From an uncultured Gammaproteobacteria bacterium (GTDB lineage Bacteria > Patescibacteriota > Microgenomatia > UBA12405), in NCBI GenBank assembly GCA_964628885.1, contig CAZVMP010000001.1:43459-107458 (forward strand): DNA of 64,000 nucleotides. The letters run 5' to 3'. Of the stretch, positions 48,094-58,977 are shown in pieces; within the stretch, counting starts at the first letter, position 1; every line of letters starts with the position of its first letter. Under the pieces are notes generated by a model. It saw nothing but the letters and a program-made list of their open reading frames with translations, made no database searches and was not told the origin of the DNA. The position numbers and the translations under genes are program-made.

Positions 48094-50901
48094 ATGTCTC
48101 ATTTCAAAACCATTCCTCAAAATATAAAACCAACTGATCTTGAAGAAGACACTATAAAATTCTGGAAAGATCAAAAAATTTTTGAAAAATCATTAGAATC
48201 ACGACCTGAAAACGATAGTTATTGTTTTTATGACGGCCCTCCATTTATCACTGGATCTCCACATCACGGGAGCTTACTCCCTGGTATTGCCAAAGATGTT
48301 ATTCCTAGATATTGGACCATGAAAGGAAAACGAGTTAGACGTGTCTGGGGATGGGATTGTCACGGCCTTCCAGCTGAAAATAAAGTTGAAGAACTTCTTG
48401 GTCTTAAAAGTAAAAAAGATATTGAGGCTATTGGTATTAAAAAATATATCGACGCTTGCTATTCTTATGTCCAAAATGTCTCTCAAGAATGGCCCTGGTA
48501 TATTGATAGAACTGGTAGGTGGGTTGATTTTGATAACGCTTATAAAACTATGGATTTAGATTATATGGAAAGCGTTATGTGGGCTTTTTCTAAAATATAC
48601 AATAAGGGTTTAATTTATAAAAGCCATCGAGTATCCCTCTTTTGTCCCAGATGTTCCACTCCCTTATCTAATTTTGAAATTGCCATGGACAATTCATATA
48701 AAATGGTGGACGACCCGGCCATCTTCATAAAATTTAAAATCAAGAACCAAGACAAATATATTGTTGCTTGGACTACCACCCCATGGACTCTCCCAGCTAA
48801 TTTAGCTCTAGCGATTAATCAAAATGAAACTTATGTTGAAGTTGTAGTTGATAATCAAACTCTTATTTTTGCTAAATCCAGGATTGAAGCTGTTTTAAAT
48901 AAAAATAATTATAAAATTATCAAAGAATTCCCTGGAAAAGAGCTCGTCGGATTAAAATTTGAACCTTTATATCATTTCTATAAGACTACTGAAAAAGACT
49001 ATCATATCTTTCATGGCGACCTGGTTTCTATGGCTGATGGTACTGGAGTCGTTCACATTGCTCCTGGATTTGGTGAAGATGATGCCACTTTAGGAAAAGA
49101 ATTTAATTTATCAGTCATTAATCACGTCGATGATGAAGGTAAAATTGATCCCATAGTAACTCCCTTTGCTAATCTATTTGTCAAAAAAGCCGATCCTTTA
49201 ATTATCAATGACTTAAAATCCCGAAACCTATTACTAAAAGAAGAAAAAATTAACCATAGTTACCCTTTCTGTTACCGTTGTGGCACTCCTTTAATCTATA
49301 AAACCCAAAATGCCTGGTATCTTGATGTCCAAAAAATAAAAAAACAAATGATTGATACCAATCAAAAAATTAATTGGGTTCCTGACCATATTAAAGATGG
49401 CCGCTTTGGACAGGGGATAGAAACCGCTCCTGACTGGTGTTTATCTCGTTCCCGATATTGGGCCTCTCCCATCCCCATTTGGGAATGTGATTGTGGTCAA
49501 AGATATGTTCCTTCAAGCATTGCCGACCTAGAAGCAGCCTCCGGTCAAAAAGTTACCAATCTTCATAAGCCAGAAATTGATGAAATTACTATCAAATGTC
49601 ACAAATGTCACCAAACCGTTCACCGTGTTCCTGAAGTTTTAGATTGTTGGTTTGAATCCGGATCTATGCCTTATGCTCAATTTCACTATCCTTTTAAAAA
49701 CAAAAATGTTTTTGAAAAAAGTTTTCCAGCTGATTATATTATCGAATATATAGGTCAAACTCGAGGATGGTTTTATACTTTACATGTTTTATCAAATGCC
49801 CTATTTACCTCTGAGTCCTTTAAGAATTGTATTGTCACCGGCGTTATTATGGGCACTGACGGTCGTAAAATGAGTAAACTTCTCAAAAATTACCCTGATC
49901 CTAAAGCCGTAATCCAGAAATATGGCGGAGATGCTTATCGTCTCTATCTCATGAGTAGCGTTGTTATGACTGGAGAAAATATTAACATTGATGAAAGAGA
50001 ATTTGAAAATCAAGTCAAAAACATTCTTTTACCACTATTCAACTCATTCAAATATTTTCTTACTTATGCCAATCTTCACAACTGGTCTCCCAACACAAAA
50101 CCAGTTAATTCACCCCACCCGCTTGATTCTTGGATTATAAACCAAGCTAATAATTTAACTAATAACATTGCCAAATCATTAGAAGAGTACAACTTAGTCA
50201 ATGCTACTAGACTAATTGAGCCTTTTATAAACGATCTCTCGCGATGGTATATTCGTCAATCACGAGATAGATTTGTTAATGGTGATCAACAGGCCCTCCA
50301 AACTATTTGGCAAGTTTTAGTTCAATTTAGCCTCTCAACCGCTCCTATAATTCCCTTTATTACCGAATATTTCTGGCAAAAATTAGTCGTTTCTGTAGAT
50401 AAAAGTAAACCTGAATCAATTCATCTCGAATTTTATCCAGAAGCAAAGTCTTTTGACCCTAAATTAGCCAACGATATGTCCTTAGTTCAACAAATTTGTG
50501 AACAAGGCAATATGATTCGAAAAACTAATCAAATCAGCACTAGACAGCCATTATCCCTACTTACAATTCATTCTAATCAAAAATTTAATTTAGACAAAGA
50601 TTTAGTTGATATCATCAAAAATGAAATTAACGTTAAAAATATTGTCTTTACCAACTCAAACCAAAACTTACTTATAACTTTAGATACTAATATTACTCCC
50701 AAACTAAAAGCAGAAGGAGAAGCTCGTGACCTTATTAGACAAGTTCAAAACTTACGTAAAGAGCTTAATCTAAACTTAAAAGATAAAATAAAAATATACT
50801 CACCTGATTGGCCAACCGATTTTGAAGCTGAAATTAAATTAAAAACCTTAGCTCAATCTATTGATAAAGCCAATCAATTAAAAATCGAAAAAATCAGCTA
50901 A
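48094..50901 (+). CDS. ileS: Isoleucine--tRNA ligase
   Basis: 'FYDGPPFITGSPHHGS' (HIGH-type), 'GWDCHGLP', 'KMSKLLKNYPDP' (KMSKS), 935 aa. Confidence 0.9.
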   Translation: MSHFKTIPQNIKPTDLEEDTIKFWKDQKIFEKSLESRPENDSYCFYDGPPFITGSPHHGSLLPGIAKDVIPRYWTMKGKRVRRVWGWDCHGLPAENKVEELLGLKSKKDIEAIGIKKYIDACYSYVQNVSQEWPWYIDRTGRWVDFDNAYKTMDLDYMESVMWAFSKIYNKGLIYKSHRVSLFCPRCSTPLSNFEIAMDNSYKMVDDPAIFIKFKIKNQDKYIVAWTTTPWTLPANLALAINQNETYVEVVVDNQTLIFAKSRIEAVLNKNNYKIIKEFPGKELVGLKFEPLYHFYKTTEKDYHIFHGDLVSMADGTGVVHIAPGFGEDDATLGKEFNLSVINHVDDEGKIDPIVTPFANLFVKKADPLIINDLKSRNLLLKEEKINHSYPFCYRCGTPLIYKTQNAWYLDVQKIKKQMIDTNQKINWVPDHIKDGRFGQGIETAPDWCLSRSRYWASPIPIWECDCGQRYVPSSIADLEAASGQKVTNLHKPEIDEITIKCHKCHQTVHRVPEVLDCWFESGSMPYAQFHYPFKNKNVFEKSFPADYIIEYIGQTRGWFYTLHVLSNALFTSESFKNCIVTGVIMGTDGRKMSKLLKNYPDPKAVIQKYGGDAYRLYLMSSVVMTGENINIDEREFENQVKNILLPLFNSFKYFLTYANLHNWSPNTKPVNSPHPLDSWIINQANNLTNNIAKSLEEYNLVNATRLIEPFINDLSRWYIRQSRDRFVNGDQQALQTIWQVLVQFSLSTAPIIPFITEYFWQKLVVSVDKSKPESIHLEFYPEAKSFDPKLANDMSLVQQICEQGNMIRKTNQISTRQPLSLLTIHSNQKFNLDKDLVDIIKNEINVKNIVFTNSNQNLLITLDTNITPKLKAEGEARDLIRQVQNLRKELNLNLKDKIKIYSPDWPTDFEAEIKLKTLAQSIDKANQLKIEKIS

Positions 50902-50910
50902 AATTGATTA

Positions 50911-51909
50911 ATGTCTAAGTCTCCTTGGCTACCAGTCCTCATCAGCCTTACTTTTTTGTTTGCCATTAATATTTTAATGGTTACCTCAATCTCTCCTGGA
51001 TATCTTAAAAAACAATTTACTGCTTGGGTTGTTGGATTAATCCTTTTTTTTATCGGTCGTCAAATAAACCCTAAACAAATCTCTTCTTCCAAACGACTAA
51101 TTTTTCTTGTTAGTTGTTTTTTACTCTTGCTCCCTATTATCTTAAATTCCATTACCAGAGGGTCTCGTCGCTGGATTAATCTTGGTTTTACCTCCATCCA
51201 ACCATCAGAAATTACCAAACCATGGTTGTTATTATTTTTAACCAACACCCAATTCCCCTTACTCCATCTTATTCCAGTTGCCATTATCACTCTTCAACCC
51301 GACCTCGGTAGTGCCATTTCCGTCATGTTTCTCATGGCTCCAATTATTATTTACGACCAAAAATTACTTAAAATATTCATTATTTTAACTTCAGTATTCC
51401 TTCTTATATCTCCTCTTATTTACAATTTTGTTCTTCATGATTATCAAAAAGAAAGAATCATTACCTTCCTTAATCCCTCATCAGACCCTCTAGATAAAGG
51501 TTATAATGTCATTCAATCTAAAATTGCTATTGGTTCTGGTGGTCTTTTTGGTAAGGGATACAAAAAAGGAACACAAGGACAACTTTTATTCCTTCCTGAA
51601 AAACACACTGATTTTATGTTTGCCGCCACTGCCGAAGAACTTGGAATTATTGGAGTTACTATTATTTTAACTGCTTATTACTTCCTTATAAAAACTCTCA
51701 TTGATAAAGCATTTTTAGTCCGTAATAACCGTATTTTATTTTTATTTACTCTTGGAATCACTCTTCAAATCTGGATGCAGGCCTTTGTTAATATCGGAAT
51801 GAATGTTGGTATTTTACCAGTCACAGGCATTCCTCTCCCTTTCCTTTCTGTCGGCGGATCATCTATCATAACCCTGTTATTTTCCATTGGAATTATCTAT
51901 TCTTCATAA
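50911..51909 (+). CDS. rodA: SEDS family protein, RodA/FtsW paralog
   Basis: 'RRWINLGFTSIQPSEITKP', 'LQPDLGSA', about 9 TM helices; second SEDS gene in the window. Confidence 0.75.
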   Translation: MSKSPWLPVLISLTFLFAINILMVTSISPGYLKKQFTAWVVGLILFFIGRQINPKQISSSKRLIFLVSCFLLLLPIILNSITRGSRRWINLGFTSIQPSEITKPWLLLFLTNTQFPLLHLIPVAIITLQPDLGSAISVMFLMAPIIIYDQKLLKIFIILTSVFLLISPLIYNFVLHDYQKERIITFLNPSSDPLDKGYNVIQSKIAIGSGGLFGKGYKKGTQGQLLFLPEKHTDFMFAATAEELGIIGVTIILTAYYFLIKTLIDKAFLVRNNRILFLFTLGITLQIWMQAFVNIGMNVGILPVTGIPLPFLSVGGSSIITLLFSIGIIYSS

Positions 51910-51948
51910 TCCTTGTCAACACTTTTTCCTGTGCTATACTACAAAAGT

Positions 51949-52263
51949 ATGAAATATGCCGTCATAGCTCTCTCTGGCTCTCAATTTAAAGTCAAAGAAG
52001 ATCAAAAGCTATCTATTAACAATCTAAACCTAAAAGAAGGTGAAAAAAATATTACTGACCAAGTTTTATTAATAGCTGATGATAAAAATATCAAAGTTGG
52101 CACTCCCACTATTAAGGGAGCTAAAGTAGAATTTACTGTTCTCAAAAATTACAAAGGGAAAAAACTTCGAGTCTTTAGATACAAGGCCAAATCAAAATAT
52201 CGCAAAACCAAAGGTTTCCGACCCCAGATGACCGAAATTCAAATTAACAAGATTACTCTTTAA
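51949..52263 (+). CDS. rplU: 50S ribosomal protein L21
   Basis: 'MKYAVIALSGSQFKVKEDQKL...VFRYKAKSKYRKTKGFRPQMTEIQI'. Start at Met 'MKYAVI' rather than 51913. Confidence 0.85.
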   Translation: MKYAVIALSGSQFKVKEDQKLSINNLNLKEGEKNITDQVLLIADDKNIKVGTPTIKGAKVEFTVLKNYKGKKLRVFRYKAKSKYRKTKGFRPQMTEIQINKITL

Positions 52264-52293
52264 CTAAAGCTTAACGCTCTAATTATCTAAAAC

Positions 52294-52545
52294 ATGGCAC
52301 ACACAAAATCACAAGGTAAAACTAATCAAAAATCCAACCGTCCTGGTCAAAGACGTGGAGTTAAAAAATTCGGTGGCCAAAAAGCTGATGTTGGTCAAAT
52401 AATTGTCCGACAAGTAGGGTCAAGTTTTCACGCCGGCAAAGGAACTAAATTAGGTAAGGATTACACTATTTATGCCATTAGACCAGGTGTTGTGAAATTT
52501 TTCAAACGCATGGGTAAAAGATTCGTTTCCGTCGTCAAAAATTAA
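52294..52545 (+). CDS. rpmA: 50S ribosomal protein L27
   Basis: 'MAHTKSQGKTNQKSNRPGQRRGVKKFGGQ...GNIIVRQ-like...FHAGKG'. Confidence 0.9.
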   Translation: MAHTKSQGKTNQKSNRPGQRRGVKKFGGQKADVGQIIVRQVGSSFHAGKGTKLGKDYTIYAIRPGVVKFFKRMGKRFVSVVKN

Positions 52546-52613
52546 CTAACTGATTTGTTTTGATATAGTTTATCACTCTTTTTTCACAGATGTTTTCATA
52601 GTAATCTCTTACT

Positions 52614-53462
52614 ATGAAACAAATTACTCAAATACCAACCAATCAACTTGAGCCAAATCCTCTCCAACCTCGTGGTATTATCTCTCCAGAATCTGTTACT
52701 GAATTAGTTGAATCCATTAAAGAACATGGAATACTGGAACCCTTAATTATTGCCAAAACTCCAGCCGGATATCAAATTATTGCCGGAGAACGCCGATGGC
52801 GAGCAGCTAGGATTCTAAAACTTGAATATGTTCCAGCCATCATCAAACAAACCAACCCTCAACAAATGTTAGAAATGGCCATAGTTGAAAATGTCCAAAG
52901 AAAAGATCTTAACCCTATAGAACGAGCCAAAGCTTTTCTTAGGTTAAAAGATGAATTTAACTTTGATAATCATCAAATCGCTAAAAAAGTTAGTAAAAGT
53001 ATCCCTTACGTTATCAACTGTCTTAAACTTTTAAACTTACCAGACGCTATTAAAGATGGTCTTTTGTCTGGTTTAATCAGTGAAGGTCATGCTAGAGCTC
53101 TATCTGGTATTAGCGACACCAGACTTATGATTGAAGCCTACAAAATTGTCCTCAAAGAAAAGGCTTCTGTTAGGCGAACTGAAGATATCGCTAGAAGAAT
53201 GAGGAAAAAAATAGAAGAAGGAGCTGTTCCTATTACCAAAGAAAACATACCTCAATTTCTTAAATCTAGATTAGATAATATTGGAACTGATATGAAAAGT
53301 TTCTTTAATGACCCTACTGCTAATGTAAAAATTATCCAAACCAACGTTGCCACTCAAGTAACCTTCCAATTTAAAGGAACTGTTGATCAAAGATTTGGAA
53401 ACCTTAAAGATCTTTATCGACAAATTTGTCAAAAAGATTTAGTGGAAGACTTAAAAAACTAA
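52614..53462 (+). CDS. ParB/Spo0J-like partition or nucleoid-binding protein
   Basis: ParB N-terminal box 'IPTNQLEPNPLQPR......ELVESIKEHGILEPLIIAKTPAGYQIIAGERRWRAA' plus an HTH region. No parA is seen nearby. Confidence 0.75.
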   Translation: MKQITQIPTNQLEPNPLQPRGIISPESVTELVESIKEHGILEPLIIAKTPAGYQIIAGERRWRAARILKLEYVPAIIKQTNPQQMLEMAIVENVQRKDLNPIERAKAFLRLKDEFNFDNHQIAKKVSKSIPYVINCLKLLNLPDAIKDGLLSGLISEGHARALSGISDTRLMIEAYKIVLKEKASVRRTEDIARRMRKKIEEGAVPITKENIPQFLKSRLDNIGTDMKSFFNDPTANVKIIQTNVATQVTFQFKGTVDQRFGNLKDLYRQICQKDLVEDLKN

Positions 53463-54073
53463 AAATTAACTTTTGGTACTATTCCAACCGAACTTACCGG
53501 CCAATATTTCATAAATGCCTTTCCAATTATCAATTTTTTATCTATTGGCCCAAACTCACGTCCATCTCTAGAGTTTGGACGATTATCTCCAAAACATAGA
53601 TATTGCCCATCAGGGACAATTTTTTCTCTTCCTTCTTCCATATAATTACCTGGCTCTGTATAGACCGACTCCGGTAAAAAACTTTCATCCAATTTCATTC
53701 CGTTTAAATAAACTTCTCCACCAGATACCATTACAACGTCTCCTGGCACCCCAATAATTCTTTTAATATATTCACACTCAGATTCTGCACATGGCTCAGA
53801 TGGAGGAGCTTTAAAAACAACCACATCACCTCTCTGAGGTTCTTTAAATTGATAAGAAATTTTTTCCGTTAACAAATATTCTTTATCCTTAAAATTTGGA
53901 AACATCGAGCTACCTTTCACTTCATTTGGCTGAGCCACAAATAGGTATAATAATACAAATATTGACAAGGCTAAGACAATTGACTGAATAAATTCCAATA
54001 AAAAATTTCCTAAACTAAAACCAGATTGACTTAAATATTTATTTTTCATACTTAGAATTCTAGCTGATACCAC
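53459..54073 (-). CDS. lepB: Signal peptidase I
   Basis: S26 motifs 'GSSMFPNF' (Ser box), 'KRIIGVPGDVV' (Lys box), 'FGDNRPNSRDGREFG'. Confidence 0.85.
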   Translation of the reverse strand: MVSARILSMKNKYLSQSGFSLGNFLLEFIQSIVLALSIFVLLYLFVAQPNEVKGSSMFPNFKDKEYLLTEKISYQFKEPQRGDVVVFKAPPSEPCAESECEYIKRIIGVPGDVVMVSGGEVYLNGMKLDESFLPESVYTEPGNYMEEGREKIVPDGQYLCFGDNRPNSRDGREFGPIDKKLIIGKAFMKYWPVSSVGIVPKVNF

Positions 54074-54136
54074 TCCAAAAAGATAGATTTGTATTTTTAT
54101 TAACTTCTCCCAGTCTAGGTTATAATAAGCATGTCT

Positions 54137-54210
54137 GGTTGTTTAGCTCAGTTGGTTAGAGTGCTTCGTTCACATCGAAGAGGTCAGAGGTTCGAGTCCT
54201 CTAACAACCA
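54137..54210 (+). tRNA. tRNA-Val (anticodon CAC)
   Basis: Manual cloverleaf fold: acceptor GGTTGTT/AACAACC, D arm, anticodon stem CTTCG/CGAAG with loop TTCACAT, T arm GAGG-TTCGAGT-CCTC, discriminator A; a TATAAT box sits ~12 nt upstream. Confidence 0.85.
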
Positions 54211-54240
54211 CCTTAATAAACTATATATTGACTATCTAAC

Positions 54241-55098
54241 GTGACACCAACTCAATTAACAATAATTATTGTTACTTATAACTCCAATACAACAATTCTA
54301 AAATTGTTATCTTCACTCCACTATATAGAGAATATTGTTCAAGAAATTATTATCATCGATAATAATTCTACTTTTTTTGATAGAGATAAAATCAAAAAAT
54401 TCTCTAAAAAAATTAAAATAATACGAAATAAAAAGAACCTTGGATTTGCCAAAGCTGTTAATCAAGGAATCAAAAAGTCTAAATCTAGTTTTATTCTTCT
54501 CCTCAACCCGGACACTTATCTTACTGATAAGTCAATTATAAAAACCTTTAATTTAATTACTAAAGATAAAACAATAGGAGCTATTGGCGGAAAAATCTTC
54601 GATGAGAACAAAAAGATAAAATATACTGCCACCAGTAGCCCAACATTTCTAACCGCTTTATTTGAATTTACAAATCTAAAAAAACTTTTTTCTAACAACA
54701 GATTCTCTTATAAGTTCTGGCTTGAAAAACAACAAAAAATAACAAGACCAATCGAAGTTACCTCACTATGTGGGGCATATTTAATAATAAGAAAAAAAAT
54801 TAAAAACCAATTAAATCTTTTCGATGAAAGATATTTCTTGTATCTAGAAGATGTCGACTTCGGGTTATCAATAAATAAAAATGGTTATAAGGTAATTTTT
54901 GATCCAAATTCACACATTATCCATATCGGTGGAGCAAGCACAAAAAATAAATATAAAACTGATTTAAAAAAGTGGTATCAATCAAGAAAATTATTTTTCA
55001 AAAAACATTTACCTCCAATCCAAAGTATAATAATTACATTAATCTTTAGTATTGAAGAAAAAATATTAAGTCTTTATAAACACATCAAACATGTCTAA
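54241..55098 (+). CDS. Glycosyltransferase family 2
   Basis: 'LTIIIVTYNSNTTILKLL...EIIIIDNNST...LGFAKAVNQG'. Confidence 0.75.
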   Translation: MTPTQLTIIIVTYNSNTTILKLLSSLHYIENIVQEIIIIDNNSTFFDRDKIKKFSKKIKIIRNKKNLGFAKAVNQGIKKSKSSFILLLNPDTYLTDKSIIKTFNLITKDKTIGAIGGKIFDENKKIKYTATSSPTFLTALFEFTNLKKLFSNNRFSYKFWLEKQQKITRPIEVTSLCGAYLIIRKKIKNQLNLFDERYFLYLEDVDFGLSINKNGYKVIFDPNSHIIHIGGASTKNKYKTDLKKWYQSRKLFFKKHLPPIQSIIITLIFSIEEKILSLYKHIKHV

Positions 55099-55879
55099 AA
55101 ATAATAAAACTCACCACCTATCTCTTATTATTCTTACCAAAAATGAATCAAACAATATTCAAAAAAATTTTGACTGGTTAAAGAATTGCCGTGCTATTAA
55201 TGAAATTATTGCTGTTGATGATTATTCCACTGACGAAACTGTCACTTTTGTTAAAAATCTTGCTTCAAAACACAGAACTATTAAAGTCTTTTTCCGTAAA
55301 TTAAACAATGATTTTGCCTCTCAACGAAATTTTGCTATCTCTAAAGTTAGTAATAATTGGGTTCTTTGGTTAGACGCTGATGAAAAACCAAGTAAAAAAC
55401 TTATCCGATTTATAAACCATTTCGACAAAAATCAATATAAAGCTTACTCATTCAAAAGACAAGATGTTTTTTTAGGTAATATTCTCAAACACGGAGAAAC
55501 CTCTTCTCTTAATTTCACTAGATTATTCAGTAAAAACTATGGTTCTTTCTCTGGTCGAGTTCATGAAATTTGGAAAACTAAAAGAATCACTAAAAAAACT
55601 AATCTTATTATTTATCATTATTCTCACTCCACAATTAAATCATTAATTCAAAAAATAAACTTTTATACTGATATCCGTTCTCAAGAATTATTTGATCAAA
55701 GAATGAAAACTAATCTATTCCAAATAATTTTTTATCCTTTTGCCAAATTCTTCCAAAACTATTTTCTTAGACTAGGATTTCTTGATGGAACTCCAGGAAT
55801 TATTATGTCATTATCTATGAGCTTCCACGTCTTTCTAAACAAGGCTAAATTATGGCATCTATACAAACAGCAGTCCTGA
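55091..55879 (+). CDS. Glycosyltransferase family 2 (small, core/LPS-type)
   Basis: 'LSLIILTKNESNNI...IIAVDDYSTDET...WVLWLDADE'. Confidence 0.7.
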   Translation: MSKNNKTHHLSLIILTKNESNNIQKNFDWLKNCRAINEIIAVDDYSTDETVTFVKNLASKHRTIKVFFRKLNNDFASQRNFAISKVSNNWVLWLDADEKPSKKLIRFINHFDKNQYKAYSFKRQDVFLGNILKHGETSSLNFTRLFSKNYGSFSGRVHEIWKTKRITKKTNLIIYHYSHSTIKSLIQKINFYTDIRSQELFDQRMKTNLFQIIFYPFAKFFQNYFLRLGFLDGTPGIIMSLSMSFHVFLNKAKLWHLYKQQS

Positions 55880-56928
55880 TTTTTACTGCCTTTGCTTTTT
55901 ATATCGGCCAAATAATCCGATTAAACATATTTCATCTTCAATTTCCTTTAATTGATCTTGCCATAGTTATCTTAAGTTTCATCAATATTTTTACTCATAT
56001 TACTAATCGTAAGATTAAAAATAATAACAAGCCTTTTACTTATTTTTTAGTTTTTAGCTGGATTATCCTTAGTTTTACTACCATCAAGCTTCAAATCTAT
56101 TCACTCAAACCCATATTTTATCTAATTAGACTAACCTGTCTCTTGTCTCTTATAATTTTCCCCCCTAAAATCAATCAGAGATTAAAGCAATTATTTTATC
56201 TCTCAATTCTTGCTAATATTATCTTTGGTCTGATCCAATATCTCTTTTGGCCTGATCTTACTTATCTTGACATTAGCCATTGGGATCCTCATTTATATCG
56301 TTTAACTAGTACCTATCTTGACCCCACTTTCACTGGTCTAATCTATCTTTTCTTTATTATTGCCATTTTTCTGAACAAAAAAATTCCATACCAAAGAACT
56401 ATATTAATAATATCTTATATTGCCCTGGCTCTCACTTACAGCCGATCTAGTTATATTTGTTTTTTGATTACTTTTACTTTTATTGCTGCCAAACTAAAAA
56501 ATATCAAAATTTTTATAATTAGCTTCTTAATTATAACTTTTACTATTATATTATTACCTCGACATCCCGGAGAGGGGACTAAGCTAGAACGAACCTCATC
56601 TATCAATGCCAAAATTCAAAACTATCAAGAAGGTATAAACTTATTCCTTAAATCACCTATAATCGGCTTTGGTTACAATAATATTCCTTTTGTTAGACAA
56701 AACCAAAACAACACTTCTCACGCCAATTCTGGTTTTGATGGCAGTATTTTAACCCTATTAATCACCACAGGATTAGTCGGTACAGGTTTCTTTCTTACTG
56801 GTCTAAAAAAATTCTATATAAATTCCAATTTAACTAAACAGGCTTTTATTTTAACTCTCTTGATTCATTCTCTCTTTGCTAATTCTCTTCTGTATCCCTG
56901 GATATTACTATCTCTAGTCCTTTTTTAA
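55852..56928 (+). CDS. Polytopic membrane protein, O-antigen ligase/polymerase-like
   Basis: About 10 TM helices, 'ALTYSRSSYICFLITF' resembling the Wzy_C region; adjacent to two GT2 genes. Confidence 0.45.
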   Translation: MASIQTAVLIFTAFAFYIGQIIRLNIFHLQFPLIDLAIVILSFINIFTHITNRKIKNNNKPFTYFLVFSWIILSFTTIKLQIYSLKPIFYLIRLTCLLSLIIFPPKINQRLKQLFYLSILANIIFGLIQYLFWPDLTYLDISHWDPHLYRLTSTYLDPTFTGLIYLFFIIAIFLNKKIPYQRTILIISYIALALTYSRSSYICFLITFTFIAAKLKNIKIFIISFLIITFTIILLPRHPGEGTKLERTSSINAKIQNYQEGINLFLKSPIIGFGYNNIPFVRQNQNNTSHANSGFDGSILTLLITTGLVGTGFFLTGLKKFYINSNLTKQAFILTLLIHSLFANSLLYPWILLSLVLF

Positions 56929-57644
56929 AGGCTATAAGTAATTGAAATTTTTTTCTTAGTCGAATTACCTGCCAAATCTGTTGAAGTAACTTCTAAATCG
57001 TTTTTACCTGTATTCAATTGCCATTTCAATTTAAAATTACCCTCATTATCCACTGTGGCAATTCGATTATTAATCGAAACACTGCACCCCGGTTCCGTAT
57101 TACCAATAATATCAAAATCCGCATAATCCACACTCAAACTTTCTTCACTAGGATTACTTAGTGATAATTCAGGAGGAATTTCATCATAAATTATGCTTAT
57201 AACTTTTGAATCATCACCACTACCCGATTTTTCTGTACTAGCCACTGCAGTAAAATCGTTTTTACCATCGTCTAAAACTATCTTATCAAAGATAAAGTCC
57301 CCATTCTCCGTTACCTCAGTCTTACCTATTGATATCTGATTTTTAAACAACTCTACGGTTACTTTTGATTCAGCAAATCCTGTAATTTTTATCATTGCAC
57401 TATTAGTTGCTTCGTAAGGCAATACTAACCTTGGAGCCAGTGGTGGCAAAATATTCTCTTCAACTTCAGCTAATTTTTTACTTTTACTCTCACCTAATAA
57501 AACTGAAAACTTTATTAATAGTGGTAATCCAAAAACCAACAATACAATTACTAAAATCACTGTTAATAATCCTAAAAAGACTGTTTTTTTTGTTATTTGC
57601 TCATCAGCTTGTCTCTCAAGCCTTGAACGTTTAAACTCTGTCAT
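56925..57644 (-). CDS. Membrane-anchored extracytoplasmic beta-rich protein (Ig-like), unknown function
   Basis: N-terminal TM helix then beta-strand-rich repeats; no family recognised. Confidence 0.4.
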   Translation of the reverse strand: MTEFKRSRLERQADEQITKKTVFLGLLTVILVIVLLVFGLPLLIKFSVLLGESKSKKLAEVEENILPPLAPRLVLPYEATNSAMIKITGFAESKVTVELFKNQISIGKTEVTENGDFIFDKIVLDDGKNDFTAVASTEKSGSGDDSKVISIIYDEIPPELSLSNPSEESLSVDYADFDIIGNTEPGCSVSINNRIATVDNEGNFKLKWQLNTGKNDLEVTSTDLAGNSTKKKISITYSL

Positions 57645-57717
57645 AACCTTATTTATTTTATCAGAGCATTGAGCAAGGATATTACAAAATATGTCCCCAT
57701 ATAGATTCTTCAGTCAC

Positions 57718-58977
57718 TTATAAATTTAAACTATCTTTATTTAATAAAAATTCTTGTAAACCAATTATAACAAAACCATTTTCATTTCGCCACATTTTTA
57801 TATTTTCTTTAACTATTATTATTTTTTTAAATGAATCATTTACTTTGACTAAGGATTCTTGCTCTTGTTTCATTTTTTCTTCATTTGGAATGGCGAATGC
57901 AGACTGAATATAATATCTTTTATTTCCTTGATTACAAACAAAATCTATTTCTAATTGTTTTTTCACTCTCTTACCATTTTTTTCTAAATAAACATGTTCA
58001 ATAACTCCTACATCAACATTGTACCCTCTTATTAGTAATTCATTATAAATAATATTCTCCATTATATGATTTTCTTCTTGTTGCCTAAAGTTTAATCTAG
58101 CATTTCGTAAACCCACATCTGTAAAATAATATTTATAAGGTGTAGAAATATATTTTTTACCTTTTACATCAAATCTTAAGACTTTATTAATTAAAAATGA
58201 ATCGATTAAATATTCAATATATTTATCAATTGTATTATAGGATACTTCTTTTATTCCTTTAGATGTAAATGTGTTAGTTAATTTTGAAGAATTGGTAAGA
58301 GAACCAACTGATGAAGCCAGGATGTTTAAAACGGATTCTAAAACTTCGTTTTTTTCAAGATTATTTCTTTCGATGATGTCTGTTATGTATGTTTTTTCAA
58401 ATAAGGAGTTTAAATAATTTACTTTTTGCTCATCAGTTTTTAGAGCCAAAATCATTGGCAAGCCCCCATATGTAAAATACTCGTTCCATGCTTCGTCAAC
58501 AGTTCCATTAAACGCTAAAACGTACTCTTTAAAACTAAGAGGAAAAACTCTTATTTCGTCTCCACGCCCTCTAAATTCCGTTATTATGTCGGAAGATAAA
58601 AGTTTAGAGTTACTTCCTGTTACATAAATATCTACATTATTAAGCTTGTTTAAACTGTTTAATACTTGTTCAAATTCATCAACTAGTTGTACTTCATCAA
58701 TAAATATATAATACATTTTCTTAGTTTTTATTAAACCTTTTATATAATTGTTTAATTCGTTTTTATTTTTTAAGTTTTGATTTTCCACATCTTCAAGTGA
58801 AATGTGAATCATCTGACTCTCAGCTATACCCTCTGAAATTAAGTAATTTCGAAAGATATTAAATAAAAGGAATGTTTTTCCCGAACGTCTTAAACCTGTA
58901 ATGACCTTTATCATTCCATTTTCTTTTCTTTCAATTAATTTATTTAGATAGTCGTCTCTTTTAATATAATTACTCAT
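57718..58977 (-). CDS. AAA family ATPase with C-terminal DUF4143 (COG1373-type)
   Basis: 'ITGLRRSGKTFLL' Walker A, 'YIFIDEVQLVDEF' Walker B, length 419 aa. Confidence 0.75.
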   Translation of the reverse strand: MSNYIKRDDYLNKLIERKENGMIKVITGLRRSGKTFLLFNIFRNYLISEGIAESQMIHISLEDVENQNLKNKNELNNYIKGLIKTKKMYYIFIDEVQLVDEFEQVLNSLNKLNNVDIYVTGSNSKLLSSDIITEFRGRGDEIRVFPLSFKEYVLAFNGTVDEAWNEYFTYGGLPMILALKTDEQKVNYLNSLFEKTYITDIIERNNLEKNEVLESVLNILASSVGSLTNSSKLTNTFTSKGIKEVSYNTIDKYIEYLIDSFLINKVLRFDVKGKKYISTPYKYYFTDVGLRNARLNFRQQEENHIMENIIYNELLIRGYNVDVGVIEHVYLEKNGKRVKKQLEIDFVCNQGNKRYYIQSAFAIPNEEKMKQEQESLVKVNDSFKKIIIVKENIKMWRNENGFVIIGLQEFLLNKDSLNL

